Below the pieces are notes generated by a model. The model did not search any database, was not told where the DNA came from, and saw nothing but the letters and a program-made list of their open reading frames with translations. The translations under genes were made by a program, and so were the position numbers. Below are positions 38,758-47,758 of a stretch of 64,000 bases of DNA, piece after piece. The stretch spans positions 2,942-66,941 of the forward strand of contig JAZQOS010000020.1 of the NCBI GenBank assembly GCA_045627925.1, in the 5' to 3' direction. Positions within the stretch are counted from its first letter, which is position 1. Each line of letters begins with the position of its first letter. This DNA is from Kiritimatiellia bacterium. Lineage in GTDB: Bacteria; Verrucomicrobiota; Kiritimatiellia; RFP12; UBA1067.

Positions 38758-39752
38758 GATTCGCGAATCCCATCTTTCTCGTATTGGTGGCGGCGGTGCC
38801 GCTCGCGGGAGTCTTTTGGACGTTCCTCAAGGCGCGGCGCGAGAAGTCGCTGGAAAAGCTGGTCGCGCCGTCCTTGCGCGCGCGGCTCATGCCGCAAGGC
38901 GCGAATCTCTGGGGCTTTCAGGCGGTCGCGATTCTCGTTGGACTTGCGCTCGTCTTGCTCGCGGCCGCGCGGCCGCAGTGGGGCAAGACCACCGAGAAGT
39001 ACGTCGAGCGCTCGCGCAATCTCGTCGTCGCCATCGACGTTTCGCGCTCGATGCTCGCCGAGGACGTTCGGCCCAATCGGCTCGAACGCGCCAAGGCCGA
39101 CGTCGCCGATCTCATCGATTCTCTGGAAGGCGACCGCGCGGCGCTTGTGGCGTTTCGGCGCACGGGAGTCGTAATATGTCCGCTCACCACCGACCGTGGA
39201 TTTTTGCGGAGCGCGCTCGAGCAACTTACTCCCGACAGCGCTCCGCGCGGCGAAACCGATTTGGGGAGCGCGATTCGCGCCGCGCTTGACGCGCTGGATC
39301 CGGCGGCGGACGACCATAATGCGATTATCGTAATTTCCGATGGCGGAGACTTGCGCGGCGAGGCGATTGCCAACGCGGAGCTGGCCGCGAAACGCGGAAT
39401 CCCGATTTTCACCGTCGGTATCGGTGACCCGACGCGCGGGGCGGAGATTCCCTCCGAAGACGGCAAGTCGGCGCAGAAGTTCAAGGGCGAGGTCGTGAAG
39501 GTAAAACTCGAGTCGGCGGCGCTGGAGGCGATTGCCAAGGCGAGCAAGGGGCGTTACGTTCCGCTCGCGACCGCGGGCACCGCCGAGACGACACTCGGGG
39601 CGATTTACCGGAAGTTCTTAAGACAAGTCGCGGTCAAGGAACAAAACGAGGAATCCGAGCGCGTGGCCGAAAGGTACGAAGTATTCCTCATTCCCGGTTT
39701 GGTCTTGCTTTTAATTGGTGCGGCGCTTTCCAAGGGCCGGATTATGGTATAA
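38754..39752 (+). CDS. VWA domain membrane protein (BatB-like)
   Basis: AAARPQWG, MIDAS DVSRSM, PLTTD and ISDG; terminal TM helices. Confidence 0.88.
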   Translation: MRFANPIFLVLVAAVPLAGVFWTFLKARREKSLEKLVAPSLRARLMPQGANLWGFQAVAILVGLALVLLAAARPQWGKTTEKYVERSRNLVVAIDVSRSMLAEDVRPNRLERAKADVADLIDSLEGDRAALVAFRRTGVVICPLTTDRGFLRSALEQLTPDSAPRGETDLGSAIRAALDALDPAADDHNAIIVISDGGDLRGEAIANAELAAKRGIPIFTVGIGDPTRGAEIPSEDGKSAQKFKGEVVKVKLESAALEAIAKASKGRYVPLATAGTAETTLGAIYRKFLRQVAVKEQNEESERVAERYEVFLIPGLVLLLIGAALSKGRIMV

Positions 39753-39762
39753 TGGAGAAGTT

Positions 39763-40446
39763 ATGAACAGCAACACTTCCTCGCTTGTCAACGTCCTTAG
39801 GTACATCGAGCGTCCCCTTATGAGCGACGGGCGCATCGATCTCGGAGAAACCGCGCTTTGTCTGCGGATGATTCGTCCGTTCGTCCAGGCGGGCGATCCC
39901 GGCGCGATCGAGCTTAATCAGCTCCTTAGCGAAGTGCGCGCGGACGGAGTCATCACTCCCGAGGAATCGGAAAAGCTCATTCGCATGCTCGCCAAGCTCG
40001 CGAACGAGAACCAGACGCTGGCGAAGTACGTGCACGCTTCCGTCGTCGATGGCGTCAAGAAGGTTGACACTTCGGGGATTTTCGAGACGGTCGGCGCGTT
40101 CAAGGCGGCGCTCGAGACGATTGGCGAAGAGCTCGAAAACCTCGATTATGGAATCGTTTGCGCGCCGCGCGAATCGGGGCGTATTTTGGGCTCGGCGATG
40201 GCGGCGAAGTTCGAAAAAGCGCTCGTCGCCTCCGACGACACCGCGCTCAAGGGCGACAAGGTGGTGGTGGTCGACGACGTGCTTACCGATGGCGTGGAAC
40301 TCTCCGCGAGCATCGATAAAATCGAAAAGGCCGGCGGCAAGATTATGAAGGTCGTCGTTATCGCCGAATTGGACGGCTACGGAGCGCGAGTGAACGCGCT
40401 TAAGAGCCGCTCCGTCCTTTCGCTCGTCAAGATCGCCGGGAAATGA
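39763..40446 (+). CDS. Type I phosphoribosyltransferase-like protein with extra N-terminal helical domain
   Basis: PRPP-binding loop VVVVDDVLTDG and APRT-like RESGRILG; ATG 9 nt after TGGTATAAT. Confidence 0.7.
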   Translation: MNSNTSSLVNVLRYIERPLMSDGRIDLGETALCLRMIRPFVQAGDPGAIELNQLLSEVRADGVITPEESEKLIRMLAKLANENQTLAKYVHASVVDGVKKVDTSGIFETVGAFKAALETIGEELENLDYGIVCAPRESGRILGSAMAAKFEKALVASDDTALKGDKVVVVDDVLTDGVELSASIDKIEKAGGKIMKVVVIAELDGYGARVNALKSRSVLSLVKIAGK

Positions 40447-41054
40447 GCCGTACGAAGGCGGTCGTGTTCGACTTCGGCGGGGTAATGACTACCCGGACGA
40501 TGCCGGAAAAGGTGCAGGCGTTTCTCCTTAAGAATGGCATCGATTGGGCCATTGTCGAGGCGGGCTACGCGAAATATCGTCGGCTTATGGACGGCGGGTT
40601 CATTACCTTAAGGGAAATGTATTCGCTTATTTGGGCCGATAACGATATTGAGTTTTCCGACGCCGATTACGAGGAACTCTTGAAAGTCGATGCCGAAAGC
40701 TGGCTTACCGATTATCGCAATCTCGCGACGAGGGATTGGATGAGGGAGCTGAAGGCGAAGGGTTTTAAGCTCGGGATTTTGACCAACATGCCGCCTGCTT
40801 TCGCGCCGCTTTTCCGCGAAGTCTACGCGGATTTCGTCGAGCTCGCCGACGCCGTCGTCATTTCCGGCTTGGAGCGCATGTTCAAGCCCCAACAAAGGAT
40901 TTATCGGTTGATGGAAAAGCGTCTTAACCTCTCGCCCGGGGAAATACTTTTCGTCGATGACGTCGAATCGAACTGCGCCGCTGCCGAAAAAGCCGGCTGG
41001 TCGGCGATACGCTTCCAAAGCGTAGAGCAAGCGCGAATGGCGTCACTTCGGTGA
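40443..41054 (+). CDS. HAD family phosphatase
   Basis: FDFGGV, LTN, KP and FVDD. Confidence 0.9.
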   Translation: MSRTKAVVFDFGGVMTTRTMPEKVQAFLLKNGIDWAIVEAGYAKYRRLMDGGFITLREMYSLIWADNDIEFSDADYEELLKVDAESWLTDYRNLATRDWMRELKAKGFKLGILTNMPPAFAPLFREVYADFVELADAVVISGLERMFKPQQRIYRLMEKRLNLSPGEILFVDDVESNCAAAEKAGWSAIRFQSVEQARMASLR

Positions 41055-41128
41055 GCGAACAAAAGCAGCTCCTCAGGGTCCCACGGCGAATACGCCGTAT
41101 CCCTTCGCTCGCTCTTTTGCTTCGCTCA

Positions 41129-41400
41129 CCTTCGTTCCGTAGCGGGTTGCCTAACGGCAACAGTACCTATTAGCGCGAATCGGAAAGATTCGCTTACTGC
41201 CCGAAACGACTTTTCTCGTCTTCTCGTTCCGCAACTGAGCGCTACGCTTAAGTGGTGCGCCAAACTGCTCTTCATCCCTTCGTTCCGCAGCGGGCGCTAC
41301 GCGCAAATGAGTGCCCGAAACGACATATCCGTCCCTTCGTTCCGTAGCGGGTTGCCTAACGGCAACAGTATCTATTTGCGCGAATCGGAAAGATTCGCTT
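41129..41400 (+). repeat. REP-like repeat cluster: 67-bp direct repeat plus two shorter copies
   Basis: 41129-41195 vs 41334-41400 differ at 2 positions; partial copies at 41221 and 41277. Confidence 0.85.
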
Positions 41401-41410
41401 GTTGCGCGTA

Positions 41411-41564
41411 AAAGGTAGTTGAAAGTCCACCCATGCACTTTTGAAAGTGCTACCATGGACTTTGGGAAGTGCATACAAGGACTTTGTCGAGTGCATGTAT
41501 GCACTTCGAAAAGTGCATGGTATGAAATCTTCAAGTGCTTGGATGCACTTCCGAAAGTGCATTT
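41411..41564. repeat. Tandem array of about 7 palindromic 22-bp units
   Basis: Consensus ATGCACTT-N4-AAGTGCAT-N2 at 41433, 41455, 41477, 41499, 41521 and 41543 (41411 degenerate). Confidence 0.85.
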
Positions 41565-41759
41565 TGGCATGAAATAGTCGAAATCTCGATCAAACCGCGA
41601 CGATATGTCGCACCTTTAGCCGTTTTCAATAACCTGCCGTTCTTGCTTCAATAACCCGCCGTAGCCGGAAAGCCGCTCGGCGGCTACGACCTTCCCCCGG
41701 TTTTAGCTGGAAATAATTGCATTTGCCGTTGGTGGGGGCGGTGTGGTATAATAGGCACA

Positions 41760-42020
41760 CATTGATCTTTGACATCGGCGGGTGGCAGTTGCGCCCGCTA
41801 TCGGGCTGAAGCGAGAAATCGTCGAAGCCAGAACCTCAAAATCGGAGTCCATAACGAGCCGAGGAGAGGAGTTGGGAACTCCCAAAAGGATCCTGACAAC
41901 GTACGCAACTTGCGTACTGAGTTTTGATTGAGAACCGCTAATTTTCAAATGCAAAAGCGAGGTATGTAGGTGCGTTACGTGGGACAATTCCACGTGGCGT
42001 GCTTTCTATTTATGTTTTTG
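41760..42020 (+). ncRNA. Candidate structured ncRNA / leader
   Basis: Follows TTGCCG-18-TATAAT; boxA-like TGATCTTTGACA; five hairpins; T-rich end; no credible ORF. Confidence 0.45.
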
Positions 42021-42133
42021 CATAGGCTCTTAGCGGTGCCTCAATCAAGACATGAATTTGAAGGCACGCCACTCTTTTTCTGCGCGAGGGTGGTGAGTGT
42101 GTATAACTGAAGCGCAGATTAAGGAGTAGAGAT

Positions 42134-44848
42134 ATGAGAAGGATTGTTACGATATTATTTGCCTTAACATCATTTAGTGCCTTTGCCGACACTTGGACGG
42201 ATCCAAATACTGGCATTGAATGGAGATACACAATCGACAATGGCGAGGCGAGTTTAGGTGCCGAAGTCCCGGCGGGAGCCATGACGTGGACCTTGGAATC
42301 TATGACGGCAGTATCAATAGAGACTACTGGAGCGATAACAATTCCATCCACATTGGGTGGTTGTCCAGTGACGCGCATTGGCGAATATGCGTTTTATTGC
42401 TGTGGGGGGCTTAAGTCTATAACAATACCATCAAGTGTGACAAGTATTGAAGACAATGCTTTTATTTGTTGTTGGGGACTGACATCATTTTGTGTTGATG
42501 ATAATAATTTTTCGTTCTCATCGCGAAATGGGTTGCTTTGCTCAAAGGACGGCGCAAAACTCTTTGCGGGTGTAAATGGTGAGGTGGTAATACCTAATTG
42601 CGTTGAGGATATTGGCGTATATGCGTTTTGTGGTTATAGTAGGCTTGTATCTATAACAATACCATCAAGTGTGACAAATATTTCGGTAGTATCATACTCT
42701 GGAACGATGTCTATGGGATGGGCAGCGTTTTTTGGTTGCGACATGCTTGAAAACCTAGAGTTTTTGGGACTGCCCCCAGATGGCATTAATCAGTCGGCAA
42801 TAATGCGGTATGCTGCGAATGTTAGGTATCCACAAGAGTATGATGGTGAGTGGAAGGAGTTTGTGGGAAGCGATCGTTTTGGCGGATATATATTTGAGGA
42901 CTCAAATACAGGTATAATTTGGACGTATACAATAGCCGATGGTACGGCTATCGTGGGCGGTGCCTCAACATTTCCTGCAGTTCATAGAGCAACAACTGGC
43001 GCAATAATAATTCCATCAATGTTCGGTGGTTGTCTTGTGACGAGCATTGGACGTCGTGCATTTTATGGTTGCGGTGGGCTAACCTCGGTAACGATACCAT
43101 CAGGTGTAACGAGCATTGGCAACGATGCGTTTTTTGGTTGTAGTGGGTTAACTTCGGTAGCGATGCCATCGAGCGTGACGCGCATTGGCGAATGTGCGTT
43201 TTATTGCTGTGGGGGGCTTAAGTCTATAACAATACCATCAAGTGTGGGTAGTATTGGCTATGGCGCATTTTATGGTTGCAGTGGGCTAATGACAATGAGC
43301 ATACCATCAAGTGTGGCGAGCATAGGAGAAGAGGCTTTTAGCTGGTGTAGTGGGCTAGCATCATTTTGTGTTGACGAAAACAATTCTTTCTTTTCATCGA
43401 TAAACGGACTTCTTTGTTCAAAAGATGGTAAAAATCTTGTTTCAGGTGTGAATGGCGATGTGATAATACCCGATTGCGTGGAGAGTATTGAATATGGAGC
43501 GTTTTATGGTCGTGACGCAATTACCTCAGTAACGATTCCAGCTTGCGTTACGAGTTTTCTTGAGATATTTCCGGACGCATACGCTGGAATAAAAGAGGTA
43601 ATTATTTGTGATGGCGTGACAAGTATTGGGAGTGATGAGTTTGCGGGTTGTAGTGGATTAGCGATGATAACGATACCATCAAGTGTGGCAAGTATTGGTG
43701 AACGCGCTTTTGATGGTTGTAGAAGTCTTACGTCAATAACAATACCATCGAGTGTGATGAGCATTGGGCCTAGCGCTTTTAGCGGTTGCAGTGGACTTGT
43801 AGAGTTAACTATATCATCAAGCAAGACATCCGTGATAACGTCTTCGTATTATATGCCAACATTTTTTGGTTGTAGTGGACTGACAAAAGTAACGATACCG
43901 GCGTGGAAGTTGTCATCAGTATTTCCACAAGCATATACAACGATAAAAGAGGTGATTATTTGTGATGGAGTAACGAGTATAACCGAATCTATGTTCGCTG
44001 GGTGTAGCGAGTTAACATCGGTAACACTTCCTTCGAGTGTTGTAAATATTGGAGATGATGCGTTTAATAGTTGTGACAAATTAACATCAATAACAATTCC
44101 GCAAAGGGTAACAAAGGTTGGCAGCAGGGCGTTTAGCGATTGCGCCAATTTGCTTTCGGTTGAGTTTAAAGGGGATGCTCCTGATTATGGAGATGATGTG
44201 TTTGATGGTACGCCTCGTAGGCTCGTTGTCTCGGTGCCGAGTGGATCGATTGGATGGGATGGCGGATTTACGGCTAATCTTCCAGAGGGATGGTGCGGTA
44301 GGGCGATTGTTCATTCTGGTGAGAGTTACGATTGGGATGCTGGTATTGCAGGAGTGTATTTAACTACGACCAATGTGGTAGTTCAATATGTTGTTAATGG
44401 TGTTATGCCGGAGGATGTTACGCCACCAATTGATACTGATTTTGTTGCGGTTTTAACGGAGATTAAAGGAGGGGCGGTGTCGGTGCCGCAGAGTTGGCCG
44501 GAACAATTCCCTGGTTTCACGGCTAAATTCGGTAGTGATTTCGGCAAGGCGCTTACGATGGCGACTGGAAAGACCGGAATCGGCGGTGCGCCGATGTTGG
44601 TTTGGCAAGATTACGTCGCAGGCACCGATCCGACGAATCCCGACGACAAGTTCGCGGCATCGATTACATTCGACGAGAACAACAAGCCAATTATCAGTTG
44701 GTCGCCGGAGTTGAAGGACGAGCGCGGCAACTACTTGAGAAAATATACGGTTTACGGCAAGTCGAAGTTGAATGACGTCACTTGGACTGAAGTCAAGGAC
44801 GATGCCGAGAATTACAATTTCTTCAAGGTTACCGTAGAAATGCCATAA
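42134..44848 (+). CDS. BspA-like leucine-rich repeat (LRR_5) secreted/surface protein
   Basis: Signal peptide ...SFSAFA, many IPSSVTSIGxxAFxGCxxL repeats, SD AAGGAG; AT-rich. Confidence 0.92.
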   Translation: MRRIVTILFALTSFSAFADTWTDPNTGIEWRYTIDNGEASLGAEVPAGAMTWTLESMTAVSIETTGAITIPSTLGGCPVTRIGEYAFYCCGGLKSITIPSSVTSIEDNAFICCWGLTSFCVDDNNFSFSSRNGLLCSKDGAKLFAGVNGEVVIPNCVEDIGVYAFCGYSRLVSITIPSSVTNISVVSYSGTMSMGWAAFFGCDMLENLEFLGLPPDGINQSAIMRYAANVRYPQEYDGEWKEFVGSDRFGGYIFEDSNTGIIWTYTIADGTAIVGGASTFPAVHRATTGAIIIPSMFGGCLVTSIGRRAFYGCGGLTSVTIPSGVTSIGNDAFFGCSGLTSVAMPSSVTRIGECAFYCCGGLKSITIPSSVGSIGYGAFYGCSGLMTMSIPSSVASIGEEAFSWCSGLASFCVDENNSFFSSINGLLCSKDGKNLVSGVNGDVIIPDCVESIEYGAFYGRDAITSVTIPACVTSFLEIFPDAYAGIKEVIICDGVTSIGSDEFAGCSGLAMITIPSSVASIGERAFDGCRSLTSITIPSSVMSIGPSAFSGCSGLVELTISSSKTSVITSSYYMPTFFGCSGLTKVTIPAWKLSSVFPQAYTTIKEVIICDGVTSITESMFAGCSELTSVTLPSSVVNIGDDAFNSCDKLTSITIPQRVTKVGSRAFSDCANLLSVEFKGDAPDYGDDVFDGTPRRLVVSVPSGSIGWDGGFTANLPEGWCGRAIVHSGESYDWDAGIAGVYLTTTNVVVQYVVNGVMPEDVTPPIDTDFVAVLTEIKGGAVSVPQSWPEQFPGFTAKFGSDFGKALTMATGKTGIGGAPMLVWQDYVAGTDPTNPDDKFAASITFDENNKPIISWSPELKDERGNYLRKYTVYGKSKLNDVTWTEVKDDAENYNFFKVTVEMP

Positions 44849-44881
44849 TTGCGCGTTAGCGCTCGGTTGTGGAACGAAGGA
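44849..44881 (-). repeat. Inverted copy of the 41277 REP-like unit
   Basis: Reverse complement TCCTTCGTTCCACAACCGAGCGCTAACGCGCAA vs CCTTCGTTCCGCAGCGGGCGCTACGCGCAA. Confidence 0.7.
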
Positions 44882-45112
44882 ACGGAATGGTGCGAGCAAT
44901 GCGCCGAAGGAGGCTAACGAAGTGTCGCCTCCTGAGGGTAGGTTGCGAAGCAACGGCGTAAGCCGCGCGACAGCGCCCGCATGTATAGATGGCGGCGATG
45001 ACGCACAAGAGGAGGGACGACGGTTTGGGCGTTATCGACGTCATCGAGCGAGCGGCTTGTCGTCTTCGAGTGACGCCTCTGAACGCAATATATGATATAA
45101 TGCATAGCGAAT

Positions 45113-46228
45113 ATGGCGGCGGATACAAAGCGGATACTTTCGATTGACCTCATGCGAGGTCTCGTAATGTTCGTTTTGGTCGGTTTTCAGCCGATTCTGT
45201 GGGCGATGCGCGGCGAAATAGATGCGCCTGCGCTCAAGTGGCTGGTGGGTGCGTTCACTCATGCGCAATGGGAGGGACTTTCGATTTGGGATATGGTGAT
45301 GCCGGGCTTTTTGTTCATTTCCGGGGTGACGATTCCCTTTAGTCTCGACAAGTATCGCCAATCGGACGACAAGCTCGCGGTTTACGTTCGCATACTTCGT
45401 CGCTTTTGTCTTTTGTGGATATTTGGCATGGTGATTCAGGGAGGGCTATTGTCCTTCGACCCGCTACGCATACGGCTCTTTACCAACACGCTGCAGGCGA
45501 TTGCGGTTGGGTATCTCGTAACTGCGATTATGGTGCTACATCTTTCGCGTCGGTGGATGCTCGCAGTTTGCGGCTTTTGTCTCGTCGTTTATGCGCTCGT
45601 TATGTCGCTGGGCGGAGATTTCACCCACACCGGCAATATCGCCGAGGCGATTGATAACGCGGTTTTAGGGCGTTTTCGCGATGGTGTCTATTACGACTCC
45701 AATGGCAACTGGCATTTTTCGCCTTATTATAATAATTCATGGATACTAAGTTCGCTTAATTTCATTGTCTCGGTCGCCATTGGCGCGTTGGCCGGTTCGT
45801 GGCTGAAGCGGCGAGACCATTCCGCGCGTCAAAAGACGCTTGGGTTGGCGGCGTTTGGCGTGAGCGCGTTGTTGCTTGGCTACGCTTGGAGTCCGTGGCA
45901 TCCGATCATAAAACGACTTTGGACGTCCTCGATGACGCTCGTCAGCTCCGGATATGCGTTGTTGCTGCTATCGGCGTTCCACTTCGTGGTCGACGAAAAG
46001 GGATGGACGAAGGGGATGATGTGGCTTGGCTATTATGGCCGCAATGCGATTCTCGCCTATTTTCTCGGAGAGTTCGTGCGTTTCGATTCGGTGGTGAATT
46101 CATTTGCTTACGCACTTGCGCCGATGGTTGACGGGTTTTATCCGGCGGTATTGGCGCTCGGGAAGTCGCTAATCATTTTCTTGATACTGGTCTTGATGGA
46201 TCGCGCCAAGATTTTTGTCAGATTGTAG
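45113..46228 (+). CDS. Membrane acyltransferase, HGSNAT/DUF5009-like
   Basis: RILSIDLMRG, HAQWEG...D.VMP.FLF and PIIKRLWTSS. Confidence 0.85.
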   Translation: MAADTKRILSIDLMRGLVMFVLVGFQPILWAMRGEIDAPALKWLVGAFTHAQWEGLSIWDMVMPGFLFISGVTIPFSLDKYRQSDDKLAVYVRILRRFCLLWIFGMVIQGGLLSFDPLRIRLFTNTLQAIAVGYLVTAIMVLHLSRRWMLAVCGFCLVVYALVMSLGGDFTHTGNIAEAIDNAVLGRFRDGVYYDSNGNWHFSPYYNNSWILSSLNFIVSVAIGALAGSWLKRRDHSARQKTLGLAAFGVSALLLGYAWSPWHPIIKRLWTSSMTLVSSGYALLLLSAFHFVVDEKGWTKGMMWLGYYGRNAILAYFLGEFVRFDSVVNSFAYALAPMVDGFYPAVLALGKSLIIFLILVLMDRAKIFVRL

Positions 46229-46300
46229 TAGTGTGCGATTTGGTGTTTTTGATATAATAATCGTGTACAAGGCAAAAGCCAAGTTGAAAGGAATTAGTTT

Positions 46301-47752
46301 ATGAAACAGTTCTTCGTTTCGGTTCTCGCAGTCGTATCCTTCGCCGCGTTCGGTGCGCGGGAACATGTCGCCAACATTCAGATCGCACATGTTGACGAGC
46401 TCGTTAAGGGCGTGACGCAGCTTGGCGAGTTGACCGGCAATCCAATGATCGGGTTTATGGCGTCGCAGGCGATTTCGACCTTGCCGCAAATCAAGCTCTT
46501 TGGCCCTGCGCGAGACGGCGAATCCACGCTTTTCGCCACTTACGCCGATCCCGAGAAGCTGAACGCGCAACTGGACAAAAACGACGTGGCGGTCGCCGCG
46601 CTCTATCCAATCGCGCAGTCGAAGGCGGATTTCCTCGCCACTCACCCCGATGCTACCGAAAAAGACGGCGTCATTACGGTGAAGATGGACGAAAAGTCGT
46701 TAGCCGTCGTTTTCTCGGAAGACGGCAAGTGGGTTGCTTGGAGCGATAAGAGCGAGCTCGCGCTTGGAGCGCTCAAGGAGATTAAGGCGGCGTCGCGCAA
46801 GATGAACGGCGATTTGGCGAAAGTGGTCGTATTGCCGAAAGGGATTAAGATGTTTGCGGACTCGCTCGCGGACAAGATGGCGAAGGAGAAGAAAGATTCG
46901 CCCGAATATTGCAAACTTGCCGAACTTGAAATGTGGTCGAAAGGCATTTCGTCGGTTGCAATCGGAGTGCGCATCAACGAAGCGGGGCTTGATGCTCGGG
47001 TGCTCGCCAAGATTACAAAGGGCGGTATGCTCGAAACGCTTTGCACGAAGGGTATCGAGGATTCGGCTTGGAACGCTCTTGATCCGAAAGCGCTTTCCGC
47101 TTCGTTAATGGCGGCGGATGTCGGCGGAGAGTATATTTCGTGGGACAAAATCGAGAGCGTTCTTAAAAAGCACGGTCTCGACGCCTCGTTCATTTCCGTC
47201 AAAGAGCCAGTCAAGAACTACGGGGTTTATACGCTGGATATTCCCGCGCTTTGCGAATACATCACAAAAGACGCGGAGAAAATCGTCGGGGTCGATCTTG
47301 CGGCGTTGACGACCGATTTGGGCGGATTGCAAAGCGCCTCGACCAAGGGCTTCAAGTCGCCCGCGTGCGGCGCGTCGTTCTCGATCAAGGGTGCATCGCC
47401 GAAAGCAACTCCGAAAGCACGTTTCGAAAAGACGTTGCCAGAGGCGAAAGGCAAGACTCTTTGCAAGGCGGACGTCGTCTCGCTTTATTCGACCATCAAG
47501 GCCATTCTTCCAGCGGTGCTGGCGAAGCTGGAGAGCGACGAGCGCGCGGCCATCGAGCCGCTCGTCAAGTCGTTGCCCGAGGAAGGCGCGGGAGCGGTCG
47601 CCGGAGCGTGGTGGCGAGAGAAGGACGCTTTTCGCGGAATTGTGCGCGTTTCCGCCGACGAGTTCAAGGGGATTGCCGCTTGCGTGAACGTGTTTATGGC
47701 TTATCAGATGTCTCAGGCGATGCAGAACGCAAATATGAGCGAGGGCAAGTAA
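46301..47752 (+). CDS. Hypothetical secreted protein
   Basis: Signal peptide ...FAAFGA; upstream TGATATAAT (46250) and SD AAAGGA. Confidence 0.8.
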   Translation: MKQFFVSVLAVVSFAAFGAREHVANIQIAHVDELVKGVTQLGELTGNPMIGFMASQAISTLPQIKLFGPARDGESTLFATYADPEKLNAQLDKNDVAVAALYPIAQSKADFLATHPDATEKDGVITVKMDEKSLAVVFSEDGKWVAWSDKSELALGALKEIKAASRKMNGDLAKVVVLPKGIKMFADSLADKMAKEKKDSPEYCKLAELEMWSKGISSVAIGVRINEAGLDARVLAKITKGGMLETLCTKGIEDSAWNALDPKALSASLMAADVGGEYISWDKIESVLKKHGLDASFISVKEPVKNYGVYTLDIPALCEYITKDAEKIVGVDLAALTTDLGGLQSASTKGFKSPACGASFSIKGASPKATPKARFEKTLPEAKGKTLCKADVVSLYSTIKAILPAVLAKLESDERAAIEPLVKSLPEEGAGAVAGAWWREKDAFRGIVRVSADEFKGIAACVNVFMAYQMSQAMQNANMSEGK

Positions 47753-47758
47753 TAAGTC

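Noticed and set aside
41411-41564. CRISPR array
   Set aside because: The units are contiguous 22-mers with only 4-nt variable centres; there are no spacer-length unique sequences and no cas genes in the window.
41151-41570. Minus-strand 139-aa and 68-aa ORFs ending IFPIRANRYCCR
   Set aside because: They arise from reading through the DNA repeats; the shared C-terminus just reflects the 67-bp direct repeat.
42368-43246. DGR template/variable repeat pair
   Set aside because: There is only one A/G difference, both copies lie in frame within the same gene, and no reverse transcriptase is in the window.
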